A program made the translations under genes and the position numbers. The notes under the pieces were generated by a model. That model searched no databases, had not been told where the DNA came from, and worked only from the letters and a program-made list of their open reading frames with translations. From a virus, in the IMG/VR virus record IMGVR_UViG_3300042564_004221, positions 1-64,000 of that record: DNA of 64,000 nucleotides. One strand, 5' to 3'. This document shows, in pieces, positions 1-9,773 of this stretch. Each line of letters starts with the position of its first letter. Within the stretch, counting starts at the first letter, position 1.

Positions 1-262
1 TATCAATTACTTCTTTTTTTAATTTTAAACTATCTAATTGCGTTTGAAATGCCTTAATTTTTAAAGACAATTGTAAATTTTCTTTTTTTACCAATTCAAA
101 CTCTTCTTGAGTTTCTTGTTCTAAAAGGTCTCTGGTTTGTAATTCTACCAACTTAGATAATTTTGATTCTTTGTATTTAGTTGGTGTGTTTATCATACAA
201 GAATTCATAGTTGTAATTGAAAGTGTTAAGATTAACACTAATTTAAAATTTGTTTTTTTCAT
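1..262 (-). CDS. Putative lipoprotein with coiled coil (runs off the left edge)
   Basis: Manual translation from ATG at 262 gives MKKTNFKLVLILTLSITTMNSC-MINTPTKYKESKLSKLVELQTRDLL. This is a basic N-region, hydrophobic core and Cys22 (lipobox-like). Not in the ORF track. Confidence 0.55.
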   Translation of the reverse strand, partial: MKKTNFKLVLILTLSITTMNSCMINTPTKYKESKLSKLVELQTRDLLEQETQEEFELVKKENLQLSLKIKAFQTQLDSLKLKKEVID

Positions 263-269
263 TTTGTTT

Positions 270-446
270 TTATTTTTTTTTAATTGTTTTATTATTTTGT
301 CTCACCTCTTCTTCATCAATAAGTTGATTAAGTTCTTTTGTAACCCATTCTAAATTATTTTCTGATATTGGCATTTCTTTTAATTCCTCAAGCAAGTTGT
401 TTTTATTTTGTTCTGCTTCTTCTTTTGTCCATTTTTGATTTTCCAC
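270..446 (-). CDS. Small acidic hypothetical protein (58 aa, GTG start)
   Basis: Manual translation VENQKWTKEEAEQNKNNLLEELKEMP...; it fills the gap between two co-oriented genes. Confidence 0.4.
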   Translation of the reverse strand: MENQKWTKEEAEQNKNNLLEELKEMPISENNLEWVTKELNQLIDEEEVRQNNKTIKKK

Positions 447-458
447 GATTTGTATTTT

Positions 459-1214
459 TTAATTGTTTAATTTATTACTCAAATTTGACCCATTTAAATA
501 AACCGCTTGTTTATTTTCTTGGAGTCTTTGTATATCTTGAATCGTTTGTTCCAATTCTCTTATTTTTTTGTCTTTTTCCAACGTTTCTTGTCTAACTTTA
601 GCTAAAGTTGTTTGTAACGCATCTAACTTTGGTTTCAAAGAATTGTCGGTTGATTCCTTCTCTACAACCACTTCCACTATCTTTTCAACAGGTGGTCTAT
701 CTAGTTGTTTGTCTAGTTCTTGTCTAAGTTCATCTAGTTCTTGTTCCTTTTTAGACATTTTATCTTGGAAAATATTTTTCATTTCTATGGTTTTAGTGGA
801 AAATACTTGTAATTCACCATTACATTCTTGTAGTTTAGTGGAAAATACTTGTTTGTCAGATTCTAACTGTTGTATTTTTAACAACAGTTCATTCTCTTGT
901 GTGTTGTCACAAATATTGTCTAAATTTGTGACAGGAACTTCCTTGATTACTTCAACAATCTTTTCAACCTCAACGTACTCTATCTTAATAACCTCCTTTT
1001 CTTCGACTACAGGAACCTCAACATACTTGATGACCTCTTTGATTACCTCAACCTCTTTGGTTTCATTAGAACCATTTAATAACCCATACTTCTCAATCAT
1101 AAATCCTTCCAAATACGATTTCTTAACAATATCTTCAGGAATTAATTTATTTAATTCACAGTATTTTGTTAAATCTTGGTATTCTTTTGAGTTAAGGTCA
1201 AGAGTTATGTTCAT
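459..1214 (-). CDS. Hypothetical coiled-coil protein with VEVIKEV-type repeats
   Basis: 251-aa ORF with repeated (V/I)EV(I/V)KE(V/I) motifs and heptad-rich segments; its start overlaps the stop of the upstream gene. Confidence 0.75.
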   Translation of the reverse strand: MNITLDLNSKEYQDLTKYCELNKLIPEDIVKKSYLEGFMIEKYGLLNGSNETKEVEVIKEVIKYVEVPVVEEKEVIKIEYVEVEKIVEVIKEVPVTNLDNICDNTQENELLLKIQQLESDKQVFSTKLQECNGELQVFSTKTIEMKNIFQDKMSKKEQELDELRQELDKQLDRPPVEKIVEVVVEKESTDNSLKPKLDALQTTLAKVRQETLEKDKKIRELEQTIQDIQRLQENKQAVYLNGSNLSNKLNN

Positions 1215-1993
1215 TAGTAGTTAACCAGTTTTTCAGTTCCTTCAACCAAATTATCAATTGAGTTAATGTAGAATGAAAGGAATGGTTTGGGATTTGGTAA
1301 ATCAACAAAATCATATTCATCTTTTGCAATATCATAAACCCCATACCCATGTTTAGTAATCTTCTCTCCAAAGTTTTGTTGGACAGTTGAACCAATCATA
1401 TATGCTTTCTTTTTACCAGGGATATCAAACACTTGTCTTTTGTGGATATCACCACATAAAACTAAATCACATCCACTGAACTTATCTACATCAAAACCAT
1501 CTTCAAATTTGAATCCAATATCTGTATACAAACCTTGAATTGGTCCGTGAAATAATCCAATGTTCTTCTTATCTGATTTTTGAATGTCAGGTGGAAGATT
1601 GTGTTCCATTAAAGAATATACACACCAATTAACATTATCATCTTCATACACTCCACGATTCTTAAAATAACTGATATTCTCATTCTTTAATGAATCAATA
1701 ATCGGAGTAAGGGCATCCAACCTAGTATTGTTGTTTTCAAGGAAATCGTGGTTCCCGATAATAACAATGGTCTTGGCAATTTTAGCACATTCAGACAACA
1801 CCCAAGCAACGAATTCAACTAATTCTGGTGTCATTTGATTTTTTGAGTGAACCAAGTCCCCTGTAAACACAATACGGTCAGGTTGGAGTGTTGCCCATTC
1901 CTTCAATGCGGTCTCAAGGATTCCACGATATAAGTCGTGGTCTTTGAATAACCTGATATGTAAGTCAGAGAAATGAACTAATCTATTAATCAT
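1214..1993 (-). CDS. Metallophosphoesterase, SbcD/Mre11/T4 gp47-like recombination nuclease
   Basis: Motifs SDLH, TGDLVH, GNHD, LFHG and LCGDIH. Confidence 0.85.
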   Translation of the reverse strand: MINRLVHFSDLHIRLFKDHDLYRGILETALKEWATLQPDRIVFTGDLVHSKNQMTPELVEFVAWVLSECAKIAKTIVIIGNHDFLENNNTRLDALTPIIDSLKNENISYFKNRGVYEDDNVNWCVYSLMEHNLPPDIQKSDKKNIGLFHGPIQGLYTDIGFKFEDGFDVDKFSGCDLVLCGDIHKRQVFDIPGKKKAYMIGSTVQQNFGEKITKHGYGVYDIAKDEYDFVDLPNPKPFLSFYINSIDNLVEGTEKLVNY

Positions 1994-2225
1994 TTAATGT
2001 AATTTTTGGTGTTTCTTCCTCAAAAGGATTAAATCCTTTGTTTACGTGTCCGCATGAATCACATTTGTAAATTGGGAAAGGTACAATTGTATCTTCGGCT
2101 GAACCTGTTAATAGTTTTGATACTTTCTTAATGAAAATTACTTCTTTAAAATAAATGCTTTCACATTTTTCACATTTGATAGTTTCACTATCTCTTAAGT
2201 TAACTTTTGGTGTTAAATCGCTCAT
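1986..2225 (-). CDS. Small zinc-ribbon protein
   Basis: Two CxxC pairs (CEKC, CDSC) in 79 aa. Confidence 0.7.
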   Translation of the reverse strand: MSDLTPKVNLRDSETIKCEKCESIYFKEVIFIKKVSKLLTGSAEDTIVPFPIYKCDSCGHVNKGFNPFEEETPKITLND

Positions 2226-2256
2226 ATTTCTTTTTTATAAATTTAGTTAAATTAGG

Positions 2257-3099
2257 TTATTTTGTCAAATACTTTTTAACATTCATATCCATAATGATAT
2301 TCACAACATCTTGAGGAACTCTGTATTCTTCATACATCATATCTTCTTTTAGATGTGATATAACACATCCATACAATTTAATGTCTTCATACTTACTTCC
2401 CTCTAACATCTTCAACAACAACTTACCATAAAGAGGTAATTGAACGTAGTAGTGACCAAGTGCGGTATCATCGTAGTTTGTAAATGGTTTTAACATTTTC
2501 TTGGTATAACTGGTTGAAATAAAGTTCTTTGGCTTGTTTGTTTTATAGTCAGTTATAACAATTCCAAAATCATTTTTATCTCGGTTCATCATCAACCATA
2601 CTTTATCGGGAGCACCAGTATATCCCAATTCAGGATGACCCAAAACCATTTCCGTATCAAGTAATACCGCGCCCCTCTGTTCCATCAAATCAAGGTATTT
2701 CTTACCTGCAATAATCATATTATCACCTTTCATTATCTGAGTTAAATCACATTTGAATTCAGGTTGTCTTACCTCTTTATAGTTCCCATTTCTCTTAATG
2801 AGCTCGCTTTCTAATACAAAGTGAACCCGACTACCCATATTGGTTGAGTAATCACCAGCCGCTGCCCATTCTTCAATCAACTCTTGCTGACGTTGGGGGT
2901 CTCCACCCGCTTTTTTATACGCAGCTTCTTCAGTTGGGAACTCTGTATAGAATTTCTTTAATACTTTTGATACGGATGGATAATCTGTTCTTCCGTTCAT
3001 CGTATAAATGTGGTTTTCCTCTTCAAAGGATAAACCAAGTTCTGTTTGTTTTTGTGAAATAATCTCTCTTATTTCTTTTGCAACATCATTTAATCTCAT
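2257..3099 (-). CDS. PD-(D/E)XK family exonuclease (RecB/Cas4-like phage nuclease)
   Basis: Motifs PSVS, GSRVH, E..L, G.PD and DYKT, then Y..QL.LY. Start placed at MRLNDVAK; the ORF track extends it to 3114. Confidence 0.8.
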   Translation of the reverse strand: MRLNDVAKEIREIISQKQTELGLSFEEENHIYTMNGRTDYPSVSKVLKKFYTEFPTEEAAYKKAGGDPQRQQELIEEWAAAGDYSTNMGSRVHFVLESELIKRNGNYKEVRQPEFKCDLTQIMKGDNMIIAGKKYLDLMEQRGAVLLDTEMVLGHPELGYTGAPDKVWLMMNRDKNDFGIVITDYKTNKPKNFISTSYTKKMLKPFTNYDDTALGHYYVQLPLYGKLLLKMLEGSKYEDIKLYGCVISHLKEDMMYEEYRVPQDVVNIIMDMNVKKYLTK

Positions 3100-4000
3100 A
3101 ATAATATTCATCAATTTGTCCTTTCAAATCACAGATGTCTTTATCCATCGGCAATTTAATTATTTTTATTTTATTGTATAATACCCCGCCATTCAATTCG
3201 TGGTATAGTTTTAACCCATCCTTCCAAGCGTCGCCGTCTGTACATATAATCACATTACCTTTGGCGTTATTATATAGGGTTTCAAACAATAACTTACTCA
3301 TCTTCTTACCCAACATAACAATTGAATTGTCCAAGAAGAACCCGTCAAACGCTCCCTCAACCAAATAAACATCTCTACTCCAATCAATCAATCCCTCGTT
3401 GAATATGATTTCATCTTTTGGAACTGTCGGATTCTTATATTTTATCCTACCTTTTACCCACGACCTAGCAACAAAATAGTTTAAGGTTCCCTCTTTGTTA
3501 AATGAAGGAACAATAATTCTGTATGCAAAATCACCAGTTACGGTATAACCAATCTTATACTTCTTAATTAACTCATCGGTAATACTTCTTGATTGTAGGT
3601 ATCTATACGCTTCAATGTGTGGAATAAATCTTGGGTTGGAATCTTCAAAAGTCGTATAACCTTGGGGTAATTTTAATTTTGGTCTTTTGGCTTCTTCTTT
3701 TTTTAACTCCTCAGGTTTAATTAGATTATAAACTTTCTTTTGGGATTTGGTTGCGTGTTTATCAAACAACTTGCCAAGTGGTCCTTGTGTTCCAAGTGTT
3801 TCACCACAAGACCAACATTTGTAAACGTGTTTAGAGTAGTTAATCTCAAGGTTACCCTTACCATCACCTTTATCTAACCCTTTTTCTTCCGCACAGACAG
3901 GGCAGTCAAACGATATTTGACCTTTGGATTCATAGTGTTGTTTTTCGTGTCCTAAAACATCTCTAAGCAACTCTACTAAAACTTCTATCTCATCTGTCAT
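3086..4000 (-). CDS. dnaG: DNA primase
   Basis: N-terminal Zn-binding CPVC...CWSC, YLxxRxI, and TOPRIM motifs EGAFD and DGD. Confidence 0.85.
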   Translation of the reverse strand: MTDEIEVLVELLRDVLGHEKQHYESKGQISFDCPVCAEEKGLDKGDGKGNLEINYSKHVYKCWSCGETLGTQGPLGKLFDKHATKSQKKVYNLIKPEELKKEEAKRPKLKLPQGYTTFEDSNPRFIPHIEAYRYLQSRSITDELIKKYKIGYTVTGDFAYRIIVPSFNKEGTLNYFVARSWVKGRIKYKNPTVPKDEIIFNEGLIDWSRDVYLVEGAFDGFFLDNSIVMLGKKMSKLLFETLYNNAKGNVIICTDGDAWKDGLKLYHELNGGVLYNKIKIIKLPMDKDICDLKGQIDEYYYEIK

Positions 4001-4004
4001 AACT

Positions 4005-4012
4005 CAAATATA
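4005..4012 (-). promoter_or_regulatory. Bacteroidota-type -7 element TATATTTG upstream of primase
   Basis: Matches TAnnTTTG and ends 4 nt before the ATG at 4000. No well-spaced -33 TTTG. Confidence 0.45.
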
Positions 4013-4028
4013 ATAAAAAATAATCAAA

Positions 4029-4397
4029 TTATATCCAATTAATTTTTGTAATTTTTGAAGGGACGGTTATTTTAATGCCAAAGTAATTACAATGTGTTTT
4101 AATTTCATTAAAGAGACACATTTTAATAAATTTATTAATTCTAATTTTTGAAAAAGATTTTTGAGTATAAATTTCAGAGGTATACCATTTGTTTTCGTCA
4201 AGAGAACTGTATTTTGCTAACACCTCACCATTAAATTCTATATCAATTTCATCATGAAATTTATAATGTCTATAACGAGTAATTTTGAAGGAACCTTTTA
4301 TTTTTTTTGCACCAGAACTGATTTCAACTTCAGAGTATTTTTTTAAAATCTTGTTGATTGATTTTGTATTCTCATTTGTAATTACACTTCTTTCCAT
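4029..4397 (-). CDS. Hypothetical basic protein
   Basis: 122-aa ORF with its own promoter-like element. Confidence 0.65.
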   Translation of the reverse strand: MERSVITNENTKSINKILKKYSEVEISSGAKKIKGSFKITRYRHYKFHDEIDIEFNGEVLAKYSSLDENKWYTSEIYTQKSFSKIRINKFIKMCLFNEIKTHCNYFGIKITVPSKITKINWI

Positions 4398-4401
4398 ACC
4401 A

Positions 4402-4432
4402 CAAAGGTAAGGAAATATTTTGAATTACCAAA
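4402..4432 (-). promoter_or_regulatory. Bacteroidota primary-sigma promoter TTTG-N19-TACCTTTG
   Basis: TTTG at 4432-4429, 19-nt spacer, TACCTTTG at 4409-4402, ending 4 nt before the ATG at 4397. Confidence 0.6.
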
Positions 4433-5027
4433 TTTCTTTCATTTTCATAAAACCTAATGCACAGGCATATGCGTCAGTCATATCATAATTTTCTTTTTTG
4501 AGAGTATTGTTTTTGGTGTATTGCCACAGAATTTGTGGTTCCCTCTTTGCAACCAATTCCCAAATAATAACTTTCTTATCTGTGTCTTTTGGAAGTCCAC
4601 CAAATAAAACAAATTTTCCTTTATCGTTTTGTTGGACAAGGTTAGAAAAAGCAAATTTTCTTGAATTATAGGTCGAAATAAACTCAGGTACAATTCCAAG
4701 AATGTCGTAAACTTCTTTACAAACCAAAGTATTAAACCTCATTAAAGTACTAACGGTATAAATGTTATTTGAGTTTAACAATGGTTCTTCAATTACCACA
4801 TGAGTAATACCCATACTAACATACTCTTTAATTTTTTCTCTAAAGATAATACCCTTAAGAATAAGTTCTTCGATTTTATTCTCAACTGCTGGTTTAGGAG
4901 TTGGAGAAATATGGGTTAACTCTAATAATTCTTTTGTTTGAATATCGAATAGTGCCCATCCGATAGTTTTAGTTGATACATCAAGACCAAGTACTTTAGG
5001 TGATGTCCTATTAATTATTTTTGTCAT
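4425..5027 (-). CDS. RuvC-like Holliday junction resolvase
   Basis: RNase H-fold motifs LGLDVSTKTIGWA, VVIEEP and C-terminal DMTDAYA. Confidence 0.75.
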   Translation of the reverse strand: MTKIINRTSPKVLGLDVSTKTIGWALFDIQTKELLELTHISPTPKPAVENKIEELILKGIIFREKIKEYVSMGITHVVIEEPLLNSNNIYTVSTLMRFNTLVCKEVYDILGIVPEFISTYNSRKFAFSNLVQQNDKGKFVLFGGLPKDTDKKVIIWELVAKREPQILWQYTKNNTLKKENYDMTDAYACALGFMKMKEIW

Positions 5028-5030
5028 ATA

Positions 5031-7268
5031 TTAAAAATCTAACTTAACCACATACTGTTGAATACCTTGTCGTAATTCAGGCGATTGTAGCTTAGATATA
5101 ACAATAAGGTCTTTGTTGGAATTATAAAGACCAATTTCGGTAACATATGATGTTGTTCCTGAAGTCCAAGTAGGGTTTGAGGTGTTAGTAAACTGATTAC
5201 GTCCTAAATTTATTAAATATCTCATCTCATAAATGGTTGCCGTGATGTCAGTTTCCAAGTTACCATAGAAATAAAATTCATCTCCAAAATTCATTATCTC
5301 TGATTGTCCGTTTTCAGGTATATCAATATAATTTGCAAGATTGTATGTTACACCACTATTATTATATAAATCTGGTGTTATTTGGAATGTTGTTCCCGTA
5401 ATACCACTAACAGTTAAGTATCCATTGATTGTTGAACCTGAAATTTCATCTGTAACATCAATTTCAATCCAACCTGTTGGGCTTGGTTGTGTATCACCAG
5501 AAACCAATTGACATATTAATTTTAATGAATTTGCTGAATATCCACTAAGAGTTCCATCACCAAAACTACCATCTGATAAGAATGGGAATTCACCACCAAA
5601 TCTAACCGCCACGTTTTGTGTGTCTGTGGTACAACCTGTTGCAGGTCCTGCAATCACCGAATAGTAATTACAATGTAATGAATCTGTAAATCCCGTTGAA
5701 TCTAATCTGTATGTCACCCACATTTTTTGGACATCATTCGCCATTATACCTACAGCGTCTTGACCATTGGTAAAACAAGTATTTGGTGTTAATAATGAAA
5801 GTTTTGGTGCCGCCAAAGTCCAATTTCTGTTTGCTTTGTAAGACATTGCAGCAATTATTTCTTCATCGTCAATAACAACAATTTGTGAATCAGGGAAAAC
5901 TTTACCAATTCTGTTTAGTTTATTATTACTATCAGGATTTGTATCCCATAAGTGATAATATCTAATACCAGGGTCATTCATATCAACATTCTTTGTTGAT
6001 TTAATGTAATAAGGTTTACATAAATCATAGTTTCCTGGAGGGTCAATAAAGAATGTTTCACCAATAGTAGCACCCGTTGATTTATGCCACATTAATGTTG
6101 GCATTGTTAATTTGAAGTGTCTTGCTAAACCTGTATCATTTGTTGGATTTTGTGGGTCAAAAGGTGTTGTTGCAAACTTTTCACCATAGACGTGGTCAAT
6201 ATCTTGATTAGTATAGTGAATAATTCCAATAGCTTTTTGTTGTTTTGGTGGTAATATTATTTGTTCATCAAATGAGTTATAATAATAAACAAAACTATTG
6301 TCAGTCTGACCAGTTGGTTCTTGATAACCTAAGTATTCTTTAGTTCCAATGTACGATATAGAACCGTATTGGGTATAATCCTCATAACCACTACTGAAAA
6401 CTCCCGCAGGACTAACCGACCAAGGAATATTCATATTCCAAATTAAGGTATTCTCACGATTTGTAACATCACAAGGTGATTCAAAATTAAGAGTGTCGGT
6501 TTGCCAATAAGGTGCTGGTGTTATTGTATCATAAAGTTGGGTCATCCCTGAAGGATAAATTAAAACTCTTGCAGTACTTCCGCCAGGTGCAACTGTACTA
6601 TAACTAGGAACCGCTCTGTCTAATGTTAAAGTATAACTTGTTGTTCCTGTTGTTCCTGTTACAGGACTCATACTTTGAATTTTATAAGTTAAAATTGGGT
6701 ATGTTCCAAAATCACCACAACCACCGTTGGGGTCTAACAATATTGTAACAAAATCATTAATTGCTGGTGTACCTGTTGTTGCTGCACATACAGGACTATC
6801 TAAAGTTACAATTAAATTAGTTTGTCCTGATAATGTTGTCATATCAGTAACATAATTTGACGTTATTGTATATGCAGAACTTGTTTGTGCCGTCCAACTT
6901 CCTTGAGTCCCTCCTGTTGTAAAAAATCCTTTAACACCTGCGGAATTATAAACTGATTGGAATTGACTATCCATAAATGGAAGTCCATAAGTATTTCCCG
7001 CACCTCCTTGAACATAGTATGGGTATTTAATGTTTTGTTTATTTGAACGTGGTGTACCCGTGTCGTTTTGAGCGTTAAATGCTGGCATCAAAATATTATT
7101 ATCAGTTATATTATAACTTGCTGATGTAGGTACCGCATCATAAGTTACTTCACTATCACCTATTTGAAAATAAGCGATATTAAAATTTCCTTGTGAAATA
7201 TATCTTCTTCCAACATCAGTAAGTCTAGTGTTAATTAATCCTGATGTGTTTTTTATAATGTATGCCAT
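5031..7268 (-). CDS. Virion structural protein (tail-collar/fibre-anchoring type)
   Basis: N-terminal LTDVGRRYIS...AYFQIGD and C-terminal VTEIGLYN...LIVISKL..P resemble the tail-collar fibre domain. T/G/S-rich, with a TATTTATA motif upstream. Confidence 0.65.
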   Translation of the reverse strand: MAYIIKNTSGLINTRLTDVGRRYISQGNFNIAYFQIGDSEVTYDAVPTSASYNITDNNILMPAFNAQNDTGTPRSNKQNIKYPYYVQGGAGNTYGLPFMDSQFQSVYNSAGVKGFFTTGGTQGSWTAQTSSAYTITSNYVTDMTTLSGQTNLIVTLDSPVCAATTGTPAINDFVTILLDPNGGCGDFGTYPILTYKIQSMSPVTGTTGTTSYTLTLDRAVPSYSTVAPGGSTARVLIYPSGMTQLYDTITPAPYWQTDTLNFESPCDVTNRENTLIWNMNIPWSVSPAGVFSSGYEDYTQYGSISYIGTKEYLGYQEPTGQTDNSFVYYYNSFDEQIILPPKQQKAIGIIHYTNQDIDHVYGEKFATTPFDPQNPTNDTGLARHFKLTMPTLMWHKSTGATIGETFFIDPPGNYDLCKPYYIKSTKNVDMNDPGIRYYHLWDTNPDSNNKLNRIGKVFPDSQIVVIDDEEIIAAMSYKANRNWTLAAPKLSLLTPNTCFTNGQDAVGIMANDVQKMWVTYRLDSTGFTDSLHCNYYSVIAGPATGCTTDTQNVAVRFGGEFPFLSDGSFGDGTLSGYSANSLKLICQLVSGDTQPSPTGWIEIDVTDEISGSTINGYLTVSGITGTTFQITPDLYNNSGVTYNLANYIDIPENGQSEIMNFGDEFYFYGNLETDITATIYEMRYLINLGRNQFTNTSNPTWTSGTTSYVTEIGLYNSNKDLIVISKLQSPELRQGIQQYVVKLDF

Positions 7269-7272
7269 TTTT

Positions 7273-7280
7273 TATAAATA
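7273..7280 (-). promoter_or_regulatory. Putative phage late-promoter motif TATTTATA
   Basis: One of about 10 sense-strand copies directly upstream of gene starts. Confidence 0.55.
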
Positions 7281-7296
7281 TTGTTATTGTGTTTTA

Positions 7297-9072
7297 TTAT
7301 TGAGGATATGTAATACTATGGTAGAAAATTCCTCGTGTTGTTGGGTCATTGTCTACACTATTGCACACACCTCCATTAATTGTTGCTGCAAATGTGTTAA
7401 CAGTAAGACTTTGTTCTAGTTTAGTTGCACATCCATTTACGACAGTTCCATTATCAATCACCAAAATTGATGTTGACGTACCTGATATAACATCATTATA
7501 TCCAATTGTCATCTTATATGATTCACCTGACGATGTTATTCCCGATAAATATGTTGAACATCCCGCTCTAGGGTCATAAACTAATGCTGATGGTGGTGTT
7601 GTACTTGTTGGTGTAACCGTTGAACTATTTTTCTTAACAACTGTCGTTCCATTAATAGTTCCACTACCAGGAGTATAATATGCCTTATAATCGCCAGCAA
7701 TTAAAATAAACGATATCACAGTACCTACCGATAATGGAGGGTCTACATTAACTTTCCAAGTTGCTATTTGAGTTCCTGGTGAGGTATTAACAGTATTAAG
7801 TAAACTAACACCAATTGTATAACTTATAGGTCCACTTTGATTAGCAGATATTGATACATTGTTACTTACAGTATTATTTGTTGGTGTTGCAGAATCTTTA
7901 GTTATAACAGTATATGATGGTGACGCTCCTAATCCATTAAACACATTACTTGATTGGTATGTAATACCTCCATCAATTGAATATAGATAAGGTGAAACAC
8001 CAAAACTAGTTGTTAATATAATTGAACCATTATTTGATTCAGGACAAGTTTCGTTTTGTGCCGTTACCACTGATTTTAATGGTAAATATGGAGGACAAGT
8101 TCCTTGAGTCATTGAAATTTGTGCTGGTAGTCCTGGTCCATCCATTGACCACGCACTATCAGGAACATTTGATGTATTATAACTAACAGGTAAACCTGAA
8201 GTAAGTGTCCATCCTTGTATTTCCCATCTTGAAAAATCTACTGACCATTGAATGTCTAATTGATTCTCTTCATATGGTGTAGTCCAAGTTGGTCTACCAT
8301 TATAAGTACCATTTAACACAAATTGTGCTGGTCCATAACTTACACTTTGACCTCCGACACCTGAACCACCAACAAACACTAAACATAGATTTGGATAGGC
8401 AGGTGTTGCGGTTGGTGTTGGCGTTGGTGTAGTAGTTGTTGTTGGCGTTGGTGTTAACGGGAATAATCCGCAAACTGTAGTTGCGCTATAATCACCATAG
8501 TAATCAATCACAGTAACTTCATACGTTCCTCCACTTATATTAGTTAAAGTTTGATTTCTTTGACCTTTTGGCCAATAAAAAGAATAAGGAGCGGTTCCAC
8601 CTGTAACTAATACAGATAAACTACCATCAAGTGATGAAGCTGAGGTCGGAATAGTAATTGGATTACATATCAAACCCATTTCAAATAATGTAAATACTTC
8701 ACAGTCATTTTGAGATATAACAACAGGACTATTTGATGGTGTTTGGGTTGGAGTATGAGTTGGCGTTTGGGTTGGCGTATTTGTTGTGGTAGTTGTTGGT
8801 GTTATTGTTGTAGTTGGCGTTACAGTTGGCGTTGGAGTTGACGTTTTAGTCGGACAAACAGTAGTTGTTGGAACATTTAACTTTTGAATATTTCGATAAG
8901 GTCGTGTATAGTCCATTGAGACCGTTAGTTCCCTATTTCCAGTACCATTAATTAAATTACCACAACAATCATAATAAGTAAATCCTGTTGCCGTTGTAAC
9001 ACCCAGTCCACAAATAATTGGTGTTGCCGAAGGTGTTGCCGTAATGGTTGGTGTTGGAGTTGGTGTTGCCAT
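7297..9072 (-). CDS. Pro/Thr-repeat protein with SprB-like repeats (putative virion fibre or decoration protein)
   Basis: TPTPT tracts; GSLSVLVTGGTAPYSFYW...GTYEVTVID and ETCP...NGSI...PYLYSIDGG..YQ.SNVF.GL repeats. Confidence 0.7.
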   Translation of the reverse strand: MATPTPTPTITATPSATPIICGLGVTTATGFTYYDCCGNLINGTGNRELTVSMDYTRPYRNIQKLNVPTTTVCPTKTSTPTPTVTPTTTITPTTTTTNTPTQTPTHTPTQTPSNSPVVISQNDCEVFTLFEMGLICNPITIPTSASSLDGSLSVLVTGGTAPYSFYWPKGQRNQTLTNISGGTYEVTVIDYYGDYSATTVCGLFPLTPTPTTTTTPTPTPTATPAYPNLCLVFVGGSGVGGQSVSYGPAQFVLNGTYNGRPTWTTPYEENQLDIQWSVDFSRWEIQGWTLTSGLPVSYNTSNVPDSAWSMDGPGLPAQISMTQGTCPPYLPLKSVVTAQNETCPESNNGSIILTTSFGVSPYLYSIDGGITYQSSNVFNGLGASPSYTVITKDSATPTNNTVSNNVSISANQSGPISYTIGVSLLNTVNTSPGTQIATWKVNVDPPLSVGTVISFILIAGDYKAYYTPGSGTINGTTVVKKNSSTVTPTSTTPPSALVYDPRAGCSTYLSGITSSGESYKMTIGYNDVISGTSTSILVIDNGTVVNGCATKLEQSLTVNTFAATINGGVCNSVDNDPTTRGIFYHSITYPQ

Positions 9073-9121
9073 ATTTTAAATTCTTCTTATAAGTATAATA
9101 TTTTATAGTTTTTCATATCAA

Positions 9122-9769
9122 TTAAGGACATAATTGAAAACTCATTATATTACCACTTGTGTTTATTTGAACTACATAAAAATTAACCCCAAAACCCATT
9201 TTAAGATATTTATTTCCACCATTATATGGGTTATATAATGTACCACCCACCAATGTTTGGTAGATTGTTGCTCCGATAACAGGAACCAAGTTTGCCTGAC
9301 TTATATACGTATAATAATTAAGAATCGTAACTATGTCAGTACAAGTACTTGCAGAAGTAACCGATAAAGTATTACCAATTGCGTGATATGCGGCAACTGG
9401 TGTTGCCGTTGGTGTTGTAGTTAATGTCGGAGTTACAGTTGGTGTTACAGTTTTTGTAGGGGTAATAGTTGGTGTTTGGGTAACACTTGGTGTTATTGTT
9501 GGAGTTTGTGTTGGCGTGGGTGTTACTGTTTGTGTAGGACTATTGGTTGGAGTTGGCGTTATTTCAAGAGTGTATCCTATTTCACATCCTTGGTCATCAA
9601 TAATCTTAACCACAAAATCACCATAACCCAATGGGTCGGGTACTATAAATGAATATGGAAATGTTGTTGATGCTGTAACATAAATACAGCTAGCACTCAA
9701 AGAATTACAATAGTATATTTCTACGGGTGTGTTTGCGGTTATTGACGTTATGGTTACTAATTCACTCAT
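9122..9769 (-). CDS. Pro/Thr-linker protein with Cys-containing beta domains (putative virion protein)
   Basis: N-terminal domain resembles 9774..10001; central (TPT)n tract; ends in CP. Confidence 0.7.
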   Translation of the reverse strand: MSELVTITSITANTPVEIYYCNSLSASCIYVTASTTFPYSFIVPDPLGYGDFVVKIIDDQGCEIGYTLEITPTPTNSPTQTVTPTPTQTPTITPSVTQTPTITPTKTVTPTVTPTLTTTPTATPVAAYHAIGNTLSVTSASTCTDIVTILNYYTYISQANLVPVIGATIYQTLVGGTLYNPYNGGNKYLKMGFGVNFYVVQINTSGNIMSFQLCP

Positions 9770-9773
9770 ATTG

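Noticed and set aside
2257-5027. Cas4 or TnpB/Cas12-like CRISPR components
   Set aside because: The PD-(D/E)XK nuclease lacks the Cas4 Fe-S cysteines, and the RuvC-fold protein is a 200-aa stand-alone resolvase type. No array or cas1 is present.
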